A program made the position numbers and the translations under genes. A DNA stretch of 61,057 nt, the filler included. It is 5 parts of 5 records of this genome, joined end to end, with 100 filler letters (N's around TTAATTAATTAA, not from the genome) between each part and the next. Parts side by side here need not be neighbours in the genome. Positions count along the whole stretch, not along the records: positions 34,708 to 55,762 come from DRR723986_8117; 4 more parts are not named here. One strand, given 5' to 3'. Shown here piece by piece: positions 40,420 through 49,592 of the stretch (its first letter is position 1; the number at the start of each line of letters is the position of its first letter). The notes beneath the pieces are model-generated. The model was given only the letters and a program-made list of their open reading frames with translations, searched no databases and was not told the DNA's origin.

Positions 40420-42246
40420 TTAACGAGATATGGGAAGCGATAGAACGTGTGAGTCAGTGCCAGTGGAGATGTGTGTGTAATACATCCCAGAGGAAGTTGA
40501 CGGTAGCTGTATTAACACTTCATTTGCGCCGGCCACCAGAGTTTCCTGCTGAGAATGGAGCACTCTGCCGATTGCATCAGTAATTGAAAGAGTGACGTCC
40601 TGAGCGTGTTGTGCTTCCAGAAAATAGTGCACGCTGCCACCGGCATCAACGGTCATGTTAACTGTTAAGTTATCGTTGATGCGCACTCCGTCCGAATCGA
40701 TGGAGGCTTTTTTAGAGCCGCCACCACCTGGAGATTCAATGATGATCTGATAACAGTGATTATCCGGCTGAATATAGCCTCTGCTAAACGCATCACCTTC
40801 TTCATTATCAGCCAAACCGAGGGGTGTGAAACTCCTGTTGTTGTCTTGAACAAAGAGCGGTTCCAGGGTTGGTCCATCTTCTTTGCTGCACTCGTCCGCA
40901 GTATTAAGGTTGGCGTCTACCTTGCTTAAGTAAATGTCTCCTGCTGTTAAGTTCTCACTGATGTAGCCGACGGCGGCATATCCGCGTTCTATATCCGAGA
41001 ATGGACCGGGTCCGTTAAAACCTTTTGTCGCTACGGCATTAAACACAGTCCGCTGAGCGGATTCAGGGTTGTTCATACCATAACATGCGGAAACTGAAGT
41101 CCAGACATCATCAAATTCCAGTAAGTAGGCACTCTCTACTGTTGTTTGATCGGGCTTCTCAAAATATGCCATCCCGGCAACGACCCACGCGCTCTTGTCA
41201 TTGAGACCATGGTCGACACTGTTCGTTAATACCATATCTTCGCTACCGGCGGCAGGGGCTACGATTCTGCGGGACTGCCATTGCGCGAGTGAGGAGTTAA
41301 ATCGCGTTGCAAATCCACCTTGACGATTCGTGGGGTTTGCCGCATCGAATAAATCACCTACAATAACAACTTCTGTGCCTGGGCTTTGAAGTTGGCCGAC
41401 CCACAGGTCATTTGGATGGGAGTGGACATCGGCAACATCACGAGAGTGACGCAGTATTGAGCTATTCAGCAAACCACCTGTGCTTGGGTCCAGCTCAAGT
41501 AAAAATGTCTCATCAATTATATTTTGCGTAGGTTGGAGTATCTCTGTCCAACCCGTTACCCAAACCTTATTATCGTAGACTTTCAGCGCCGCAGCATCGA
41601 CGTTTGCATCCGGGGCGATAGTCTGTTCCCAAACGTGGTTGGAAAAAGCAGGTACAGAAAAACCATTGACGTCGAGTTTAACAACAACGAGATCTTTGCC
41701 ACGCAGCAAGTCGGTAGTTTCAAAAGTGTTGGCCAGAATATAGTACTCGTCATTGTAGGCTTCAACATCAACTGCAGTGATGATCTCAGCCTCTCCGCCA
41801 CCAGGTGCAAAGCTTAGTTCGCGTTCCCAGACGACGGCACCTGTTGTAGCATTAAACTTTGTTGTTATAAATCGGCGTGGGCGGTCGCCCAGGGGCTCAT
41901 GTCCAACGGCAACGAGAAAGGGTTGTCCGTTTTCAATTGATTCAACAATTGACACGTATGCGCGTGCAGTTGAATTAACTTCTTTGGTCCAGAATACGCT
42001 TCCGGTTTGGTTCAGAGCTATAACCGGCGGCATTCCCTGTTGGGCCCCGGTTAGCACATATCCACAGTTGTGGGACGTACGAATAATATCATAGCCGTAC
42101 TCAGATCGATCGGAGGCTCCCACTTCCTTTGTGAATAGATATTGATTTGGGTTGCAGCCAATTGCCTGGGCATGGACTGAGTTTACATTCAGGCATAGAG
42201 ATGCCAGCGTTGCCACGGCGGCAACGTACATTTGTAGATGATTCAT
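40420..42246 (-). CDS. Secreted protein paralog 3 (608 aa)
   Basis: ATG 42246 (MNHLQMY) with GGAGAC RBS. VHA-Q, DIIRTSHNCG, GYAAVG, KVDANL, LSITDAIGRVL...SGMYY...LPISR. Confidence 0.85.
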   Translation of the reverse strand: MNHLQMYVAAVATLASLCLNVNSVHAQAIGCNPNQYLFTKEVGASDRSEYGYDIIRTSHNCGYVLTGAQQGMPPVIALNQTGSVFWTKEVNSTARAYVSIVESIENGQPFLVAVGHEPLGDRPRRFITTKFNATTGAVVWERELSFAPGGGEAEIITAVDVEAYNDEYYILANTFETTDLLRGKDLVVVKLDVNGFSVPAFSNHVWEQTIAPDANVDAAALKVYDNKVWVTGWTEILQPTQNIIDETFLLELDPSTGGLLNSSILRHSRDVADVHSHPNDLWVGQLQSPGTEVVIVGDLFDAANPTNRQGGFATRFNSSLAQWQSRRIVAPAAGSEDMVLTNSVDHGLNDKSAWVVAGMAYFEKPDQTTVESAYLLEFDDVWTSVSACYGMNNPESAQRTVFNAVATKGFNGPGPFSDIERGYAAVGYISENLTAGDIYLSKVDANLNTADECSKEDGPTLEPLFVQDNNRSFTPLGLADNEEGDAFSRGYIQPDNHCYQIIIESPGGGGSKKASIDSDGVRINDNLTVNMTVDAGGSVHYFLEAQHAQDVTLSITDAIGRVLHSQQETLVAGANEVLIQLPSTSSGMYYTHISTGTDSHVLSLPISR

Positions 42247-42445
42247 GATGTCTCCAATAAGACTGGATGAATAGATTAAAGTGTGGTTATGACAGTGCCA
42301 CGGGGCGGATTCCCGACTTCGTGAAATTCGCGACCGGATGTTAAGAAGAAGGCGAGCCCACATACCCCCACGGGGCCCGCCTCCTATTGGCAGTGGTTTT
42401 GGGTGACGGGGAACTTGTTAAGGTTGCCGCTACCGCACCACAGCA

Positions 42446-42583
42446 TTATTTAACGACCGGCAAGGGGATGCCAGTCAGTTCACCTTGAGTTGTAATTTGT
42501 GTGAAGTATGTGCCGGTAACATTTGTTTTGGCCGGGATATATATTGCGTTTATTCCAACCGCAAACTCAAATATTGCCTGCGT
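42446..42583 (-). pseudogene. Orphan C-terminal fragment of a fourth paralog or of another protein with the same CTD
   Basis: TQAIFEFAVGINAIYIPAKTNVTGTYFTQITTQGELTGIPLPVVK* aligns by eye with the last ~45 aa of the three paralogs. Confidence 0.65.
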
Positions 42584-42862
42584 GTTAACTGTAATAGTGT
42601 CTGTTCTCGACGTATGCAAAGTGCAATGTTGGGCCCAAAAGTACAAGCTTTAAAAGGGGGGATAAAAGGGGGATAGTTTGAATGGATGTAGGTCTGGTGC
42701 GGTCTGAAGTTGAGGAAAGTGAGGGTGACTATGCCGTCTCTATTGCGGTGGGTGCTGAACTTGTCGACTATAAGGACTGAGGTGGAGCGACTGTGTGCGC
42801 TCAATCTGGCGCTGAAGTAGCAAGGTGAGAATATGTTAATGTTGTTTTGATGGAACGACGAC

Positions 42863-42918
42863 TAACAAGAGGATCATAAAGCCTGAGGCCAAGCCAGGCG
42901 CAGGGCTCAAAGCGGTCA
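42863..42918 (-). repeat. Intergenic hairpin element, copy 3
   Basis: + strand TAACAAGAGGATCATAAAGCCTGAG...GGGCTCAAAGCGGTCA. Confidence 0.75.
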
Positions 42919-43079
42919 AGATGTTAATGCCAAAGTGATGGAGCGCCCGGATGTGATATCGCGAATTCCCGTGAGCAGGGTGGTGCGTGGCTGTGAGTGA
43001 AATGTGTGGCGTCTGCTAGCTGTTAATACGTCAACCAGCGTGAAGCACTCGTTAATGCATTTGGGTGCGGCTCTGAATG

Positions 43080-43119
43080 AAAAAACGGGCACTGCCCTGT
43101 TTGAAAGGGTTGTGCCCGT
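43080..43119 (-). terminator. Intrinsic terminator after the small secreted protein
   Basis: Minus-strand ACGGGCAC...GUGCCCGU followed by a U-tract. Confidence 0.75.
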
Positions 43120-43160
43120 ACGCGCCGTTAATGAAAGTCTTGTTTGTTATCACCGTGTGA

Positions 43161-43559
43161 TTAATGCATCTCAAAATGCCAATTGAGACCATCAAGTGAA
43201 GAACTAACAGTCCCGGTTGCACCATTGTACGTGAAGTTAATCGACTCTCCACGGTAGATTGTTGTACCATGAACATGAACACAACCTGGAGCTGCATCGA
43301 AGGTCAATTGGCTGTTGCCGGCAGGAATTGACGGAATGCTGATGCTGGGTCTGAGGTCATGTTGCCAGACACCCTGGTTTGATTCTGACGGAATTCCCCA
43401 TTGAGTTTCGCCTGTGTAGGCACCGTGTCCGGGGCTTCCGTTGCTGATTTGTATTGTTACGCCTGACTGCGAACTTGCGTCGTCGGGTGTTAACAGGCCG
43501 ATTAATGCCAGTGCCAGAATTGTCGTAATGGTAAACAGATACTTTGGGTTGAATTTCAT
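43161..43559 (-). CDS. Small secreted hypothetical protein (132 aa)
   Basis: Signal peptide ending ASS-Q, beta-rich mature part, GAGG RBS, own terminator. Confidence 0.75.
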   Translation of the reverse strand: MKFNPKYLFTITTILALALIGLLTPDDASSQSGVTIQISNGSPGHGAYTGETQWGIPSESNQGVWQHDLRPSISIPSIPAGNSQLTFDAAPGCVHVHGTTIYRGESINFTYNGATGTVSSSLDGLNWHFEMH

Positions 43560-43662
43560 TGCTAACCTCGTTTAATGTCAAGTTGGAAGGTTGTTGAATA
43601 CTGTGCTCAGAAAAAAAAATGCCAAAAACTCAAGGACTTGGGGGATGTACTCTCGTGAAGTG

Positions 43663-45330
43663 TTAGTTGTTGTCGGCCCCTCCCAATTGAATGAGAAAGG
43701 TTGACAGATTCGCGCCAGGCGATAAGCTTAACTTTGCTCGAATGTGTTTGCGGTGCGATTTTACCGTCTCAGGCGATACGCACATGCAGTCGGCAATTTC
43801 TTTGCTGCGTAGGTTTAATGAAATCAGAACACACACGCGCCGTTCAGTTCGGGTTAACTTCGAGGATCGTTTTTCCAGAGATTGCAACAAGGTGTGATGT
43901 TTGCTTGCCAAAAAATCATCGAGGTATTCCATATCCTCCTGGTTCAGCAAGGCCTGGCGGATGCGTTTCATTGTATCGCCGGCCAGACTGCGCGCACGAC
44001 CGCGTGATTGCGGCAATTCCTTTTCGAGTTCATTGTGAATGGATTGAATTACTTTGTTACTGCGTTCCTGGGAGAGTGCCAGCTTTTGAAGTATTTGATC
44101 CGAATGTGTCGCTTCCAACTCTGACGATTGCTGTAGCGACAGGGTGTCAACATCTTGTTCGTTGTGATCACCCTGGGCTGGGGTTTGGGCTTGGGCCACT
44201 GCAAACTGCATAACATTCTGAGCAACCTTAAAACGGTGCGACTCGCCCAGATTTGCCAGCTCTTGCTGATGTTTAAAAGCGCGTTGATGGTCGCCTTCTG
44301 CCGCGTAGATGCGTGCAAGGCTTGCGTGCGCGCGCTCAACTGTATGCTGGTGTATGTGCAAACCACTATCCTCTGTAATCTGTTGCAGTAAATGCCGGGC
44401 TTCGCTGAGCTGTCCAAGCGCTTCGTATGTTTCGGCAATTAACAAACGAATCCCTGAAAATGGATTTTGATTTCCGGTTATAGTCGGAAGATGTCTGAGT
44501 AGTCCGAGGCATTCGTTTGATTTAACCCGTTTGTTTGACTTGGCATAAGCCCAGGCCAGTCGCGCGTATGCGCAGTCGGAAATCGTTGGCAACTTGGGCG
44601 AGTCAGTGTTCGTGGCTGTTAAGTTATTTGCCTTTTCAATAGACTCGGCCGTATTTGTGTATTCGCCACGTAAGAGTATATAGTTGCCGACTGTTGTGAC
44701 GGTGCTTCTACTTCCGCCAGGTTTGTTTGCTTGGCTGTTTTTATCAAAAGTCCCGGTCAGCTGCGTGACAGCACCGTTAAAGTCTTGACTCTCAGCGGCC
44801 AGGGTTGCCATGTTAACATTTGTCAGTTGGACTCCAGGCTCAGAGTTAAGCGCTGCGTAGAGCGATTGTGAAGCCCGAAAATGCTGAATGGCCCTATTTG
44901 TATCAAGGGCCTGCGCGAACAAAATTCCGAGGCTGTTATGCAGAGCGGCACTCTGGCGCTTAAACTTTCTGGCGTTTGCTTGAGTGAGAGCCGAGCTGAG
45001 ATACTCTTGAGCCAATCGCAATTCTTGTTTCTTAAGGTTGGCAACACCCAGTGCAAAAAGTGCGGCAGTCTCCTGTGCGTGCATGGAGTTTTGCCGACTG
45101 AGTTGCAACGCGCGTTCAGCAAGGGATTGACACTCTTCTGAGTCATTGAGGCAATCCAGAATGTCACAATGCACAAGCAGGGCGCGAACATGCCATTGTG
45201 GCTGCTTAGCCTGACTGCTAAGGTCCGTCAGTTTCTTAACAGCGGCAGCGGAAAACCTGAGATCACTATCAAAAAATTTTGTGACCTCGATGTAGAGAGC
45301 CTGTAGTTCCGGCTCGCGGTAATCGATCAT
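43663..45330 (-). CDS. TPR-repeat protein with C-terminal LuxR-type HTH
   Basis: TPR-like HNSLGILF and NMATLA. C-terminal LTRTERRVCVLISLNLRSKEIADCMCVSPETVKSHRKHIRAKL. ATG 45330 with AGGAG RBS. Confidence 0.9.
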   Translation of the reverse strand: MIDYREPELQALYIEVTKFFDSDLRFSAAAVKKLTDLSSQAKQPQWHVRALLVHCDILDCLNDSEECQSLAERALQLSRQNSMHAQETAALFALGVANLKKQELRLAQEYLSSALTQANARKFKRQSAALHNSLGILFAQALDTNRAIQHFRASQSLYAALNSEPGVQLTNVNMATLAAESQDFNGAVTQLTGTFDKNSQANKPGGSRSTVTTVGNYILLRGEYTNTAESIEKANNLTATNTDSPKLPTISDCAYARLAWAYAKSNKRVKSNECLGLLRHLPTITGNQNPFSGIRLLIAETYEALGQLSEARHLLQQITEDSGLHIHQHTVERAHASLARIYAAEGDHQRAFKHQQELANLGESHRFKVAQNVMQFAVAQAQTPAQGDHNEQDVDTLSLQQSSELEATHSDQILQKLALSQERSNKVIQSIHNELEKELPQSRGRARSLAGDTMKRIRQALLNQEDMEYLDDFLASKHHTLLQSLEKRSSKLTRTERRVCVLISLNLRSKEIADCMCVSPETVKSHRKHIRAKLSLSPGANLSTFLIQLGGADNN

Positions 45331-46045
45331 AAAAGTATGCTCCTGGAGGATTGTGAGTCTACGACTGCACATAGTGGTGCCCGGCTTGATTCCTGACCTT
45401 CACATTTGTGGAGCCAGGGAGCACAGGTAATTGAATTTGCCTTTTCTGGTAGTTGTTGAGTGTAGACATGCTGAGGGCAATTGCCATAATGGCACTAAGG
45501 CAAGTGCCTGAGTCAGCATGCTGCTCGGAATTGTTAATTGTTTAAAATGGGATGCAGAAAACAGTATGCAGTAGATGTACTTAGGCAGTGCCGGTATATA
45601 ACTTGCCTCCAATCCAGGAGAGCCCTGAGCCTGGTCATCCAAGGGGGACTAAATATAGTTTTTTGATGCCGGGCCTGTAAAGAAAAGTAGCAGGGACTAC
45701 CATAGATGTTGCCGGAATTGCGCTTGCCGTAACACAGTCCCCAGAAAGTTGATGTAAACTGCATACTGTTTAGTCCAGATGCTTACGTGCGATAATGTTC
45801 GAATTGAATATTACTGCGCGCGGCGTAGACTTTTATACGACTTTGCAAGCTTGTTTTCTGGGAAAACTTGTAATGTTATACCTTTCGGATCCTCGCTTGA
45901 TAGTTTGTGTTAATGCCAATATTTGCAGGCACTTTTGCGATAATGTTAATGTGCAATAAACAGCCGGAGGCCACAAGAAACTTAAGTGGGGAAAAAGTGG
46001 GTAGATGCTATTCGAAGCCCGTATTCATGCAGTCTGAGTAACAAG

Positions 46046-47683
46046 TCAGACATCTGCAGCGGTTAGCTTGATCAGGAATGAAGCCAGGTTTGTTCCAGCC
46101 GGTAGGCACAGTTTTGCACGAATGTTTTTGCGATGTGTTTTGATTGTATCAAGAGTGACAAACATGCTGTCGGCAATTTCCTTGCTGCGCATATTGGCCG
46201 AAATCAGTATACAGACGCGTAGTTCTGTGGGCGTCAGGTTGGGAGCGCGGGTAGTTAAGTGATTGAGCAGAGCATCGTTCTCTGAGCTGATGTATTTGTC
46301 CAGCTGTGGAAGGTTTTGTTGTTCGACTACAACCTGGCCAATTAGTTTGAGCGTGTCACGAGCGACGCTGCGTGCCGGGCCGTGCATATGCGGCAATTCG
46401 TTCTTCAGTTCCGTGTGAATTGAACGAATCTGTTTGTTGCTGCGGGCCTGCGCCAGAACCAATCTTTCAAGAAGGTGGCGCGAGTCCTCGTCAAGGTCAC
46501 TGGAGGCTTGTTCTTCTGAGCTTGCATGTCCGCGCAACTCCGAATACAGAATATTATCGCGTGTCCTGGCATTGCGCATCGCGCGTTGGACAAGTTTGTT
46601 GCAGTGGTCCTGACGGAATTTAGATAACTCTTGCTGAAACGCCAGTGCTGTTTGGTGATCACCCTCCAGAGCGTTGAGCCTGCTAAGGCCTTCAAATATG
46701 CGTTCGGTAAGTTGCCGCCTGGCCTCGCTGGTAGACAGTTCCAGTGCGCGCAGATACACGCTACGTGCGGCCTGAGTTTCTCCCAGATGTTCATAAGCTT
46801 CAGCCGTCCACAACCACACGTCGGTTACCGGGCTGCCGGCCGCTTCGTTGTCGAGAGTTTTTTGAACGAGTGCCAGGTAATGACGAGACTCGCTGATGGC
46901 GCCCATCTGTGCATATGTCCATGCCATGCGCGCATGTGTAATATCCAATGCCGGTGGATGATCAAATCTGGCAACCAGTTCGCAGGCGCGGTGCAGGCAC
47001 ACCAGGGCTTCGTCATATCTGCATTCAAGCATGTTATGACCACCAATTTTAGAGAGAGTAATGGAGGCTCCCAACTTGTCGCCGATTTTTTCGAATTCTT
47101 TGAGGCTGTCGTTTAAGTGCAGAATGGCTTTGTCATGATTGTCAATTTCAGTGTATAAGGTGGCCAGATTCGAATGTGCTCTGCCGGCGCCGCTGTGATC
47201 ACCTGATTGCAGGTAGAACGTGAGGGCCGCCTGAAAATGTTGTACTGCAGGTTCAATGTCGAGCACAATGCTATACATGACACCCAGGCTGTTGTGGATG
47301 CGCGTTTGTTTGATACGATCGCCAAGTTCGACTGCGATGCTCATTGCCTGACGGAAATTCTGGTGGCTTTCCGGAATCTCGTGGTGGTCGCGGTAACAGC
47401 AGCCGGCATGAATCAGGGCTTCACACTCAAGCTCTCTGGCCGCGTGTTTGCGGCTGATTGCCAAAGCCAGTTCAACCAGGCGTTTGCGTTCGTCTTCGCG
47501 CCGCAGAGAAATCATTAACTCGGCCTGTATAAGAAGGAAGCGGCCATGCCATTCGGGAAATGTATCGGGGCCGGCCAGTTTCAGTCCTTCTGTGACCAGG
47601 GCCGACGCCTTGCTCAGATCTCGCCGAATCTCCTGCTGCAGGTTTTGGAAGACCTTCTCAAGGTACTTCTCAGTTGCAGTCAT
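46046..47683 (-). CDS. Second TPR-LuxR regulator (paralog)
   Basis: HNSLGVMY, SNLATLY. LTPTELRVCILISANMRSKEIADSMFVTLDTIKTHRKNIRAKL. ATG 47683 with AGGGG RBS. Confidence 0.9.
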   Translation of the reverse strand: MTATEKYLEKVFQNLQQEIRRDLSKASALVTEGLKLAGPDTFPEWHGRFLLIQAELMISLRREDERKRLVELALAISRKHAARELECEALIHAGCCYRDHHEIPESHQNFRQAMSIAVELGDRIKQTRIHNSLGVMYSIVLDIEPAVQHFQAALTFYLQSGDHSGAGRAHSNLATLYTEIDNHDKAILHLNDSLKEFEKIGDKLGASITLSKIGGHNMLECRYDEALVCLHRACELVARFDHPPALDITHARMAWTYAQMGAISESRHYLALVQKTLDNEAAGSPVTDVWLWTAEAYEHLGETQAARSVYLRALELSTSEARRQLTERIFEGLSRLNALEGDHQTALAFQQELSKFRQDHCNKLVQRAMRNARTRDNILYSELRGHASSEEQASSDLDEDSRHLLERLVLAQARSNKQIRSIHTELKNELPHMHGPARSVARDTLKLIGQVVVEQQNLPQLDKYISSENDALLNHLTTRAPNLTPTELRVCILISANMRSKEIADSMFVTLDTIKTHRKNIRAKLCLPAGTNLASFLIKLTAADV

Positions 47684-48217
47684 AATCTGTCCCCTTACCA
47701 GGTTGAGTAGATGAAATCGAATGCACAGTAAGCTTTGGGCATGCCTGGCAATGCGCCCTCTGGAGCATATCTTCATAAATTGCGATGGCCCTGAGCGTTA
47801 GGGCGACGCGGACAAAGTGCCTAAGATAGTTGGGGGGGAGTCTAGTTGCAAAACAGCACTACAGCCGTGAGCAGTGATCGCAGCCGAATGTAGCGAGCAA
47901 TTGCATAGATATTTGGCAGCTTAGGGTGTTATACACCGGTTTAATGCAGGGACCAGTGCAGCAGTCCGCAGCAGTTTCTGCTTGCTTGCACAAGCGAATG
48001 CGACTTAGGCAAGTAGCACTATTTATCTTGCCTGGATTGCCAGAACATAGGTAAATGTTAAGCGGTCCGCAAGGGCAAAATGCCAGTCTACCTTAAAAAC
48101 AATGCGCCGTGTACGTGTGGTTCTCCAGAGCGATTGCTGTTTAATTAAACAGGGGCAGGGGTGGTCATGTCCTACCCGTCAGTTGAATATCTTGCGGTGC
48201 TCTGGGGGGCAGTTGAT

Positions 48218-48958
48218 TTAGCTCAAAGTTGTAAGAATTTGACTGACGTCGTTCCAGTCTCTGGCTATGGCATCGGCTTTGGTCGTTTTCTCGTCACCCT
48301 GGTCAACCATGCTGTTGCTGTCGCCGCGAAAGAGAATCGCATGCATGCCCAGCTCTTTGGCGCCTTGTACATCAGTGTGTTCTATGTCGCCAATGTGAAC
48401 ACATTCATGCGGCTCGATGTCCAGTTCGCGTAGCGCGCGGTGATAGGCATCCGGATGTGGTTTGGAGACTCCAGTCTCATCGCTAAAACTATAGGACGTG
48501 AAGTGCTGGGCCAGGCCGTGCTGCTGCATGACCTGTTTAAGGATGCGGCCGGGGGAAAAGGCGGTATCGGAAATAAGACCCAGTGGAAACTGCTGCGCCA
48601 GGTCCTGAATCACATTTTGTGCGTTGCCAAGTGGTTCCGGTGGATAGCGCAGTATACCGGCGGCAAAGGTATCACAAATGGTTTCAATCGCCTGGTCGTC
48701 GCCAATAACTTTGATTTGTTTAAGGTAAAACCGAACCAGGTCATCCGTTTGCAGCGTGCGTTGTTCCTGGAGCCAGACACGATTGAAATACTCCCAGGAC
48801 TTGGACTGTGCCAGTTGCAGGTCGTGGTCCGATACTGCGGCGCCAAGGCGCGCCAGCTCATTTTTGATGACGATGGCGCGATCGCGCGTACGTGCTTCGC
48901 CATTCGCAGAATTGTAGAGTGTATTCCAGAAGTCGATTGTAATTGCTTTGATCGCCAT
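48218..48958 (-). CDS. HAD-superfamily hydrolase
   Basis: IDFWNTL, ISDT, KPHP, HIGDIEHTDVQGA. Confidence 0.9.
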   Translation of the reverse strand: MAIKAITIDFWNTLYNSANGEARTRDRAIVIKNELARLGAAVSDHDLQLAQSKSWEYFNRVWLQEQRTLQTDDLVRFYLKQIKVIGDDQAIETICDTFAAGILRYPPEPLGNAQNVIQDLAQQFPLGLISDTAFSPGRILKQVMQQHGLAQHFTSYSFSDETGVSKPHPDAYHRALRELDIEPHECVHIGDIEHTDVQGAKELGMHAILFRGDSNSMVDQGDEKTTKADAIARDWNDVSQILTTLS

Positions 48959-49041
48959 GTAATTCTGCCAACGTATTGTTGAACCACTGTCTGCTCAGTA
49001 TCTGTAGGAAGCAGATAAGTGCTCACGGAAAAGTCTGCGGT

Positions 49042-49569
49042 TTAACTCGCCGGCTTATCTGCGGCCTGTTGTACCAGGATTTGTTCCACGAGCTCGTGGA
49101 ATTTTTCCATCAGAGCAACAGCCTCAGCCGGTGCTTCAGCACCTGAATGATATTCCAGCTCGCTGATTCCCTCCGGATGAATGCGCGTCAGGCGGCGGAA
49201 CCACGGAGCACCCGATTTGGCGTACTGCTGATTCCAGTCATCTTTGGAGAGCGACTGGAGTGACGTTTTTAACTGGGCAATCATTTCTTCTACATCGTTG
49301 CCGCTGCCCAGGTCAATTTCCGTCGTCCCCTGATAGGTGTTGAGTTCAGCCTTGCCATTCGCGTGAATTGTCAATGTGCGTGCACCGATGTCCGGCAGTG
49401 AGCTTTCAAAATATTCATACGAAGCGAAGGGGTCCAGCACGTCTTCTTTGCTGCAGCCGGGGGTGATTGCCAGCAGGATGACAGCTGCTGTGCAGAAAGC
49501 CACGGTAGCCCAGCGGCTGATGGTACGAAATTGCAAGCGAGCGTTTGACTTGTGAGCCTGGGACTGCAT
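49042..49569 (-). CDS. Hypothetical lipoprotein
   Basis: Hydrophobic leader ending ITPGC; start uncertain. Confidence 0.6.
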   Translation of the reverse strand: MQSQAHKSNARLQFRTISRWATVAFCTAAVILLAITPGCSKEDVLDPFASYEYFESSLPDIGARTLTIHANGKAELNTYQGTTEIDLGSGNDVEEMIAQLKTSLQSLSKDDWNQQYAKSGAPWFRRLTRIHPEGISELEYHSGAEAPAEAVALMEKFHELVEQILVQQAADKPAS

Positions 49570-49592
49570 AGGGAAATCCTTGTTGTTGATCG

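Noticed and set aside
34958-42246. Diversity-generating retroelement targets
   Set aside because: No reverse transcriptase and no near-identical TR/VR pair with adenine-specific differences was seen.
37662-42929. Hairpin elements as integron attC sites, making the paralogs gene cassettes
   Set aside because: Only copy 3 has TAAC...GTTA flanks; the others lack the paired core. No integrase is present, the spacers are long, and copy 4 follows a gene outside the array.
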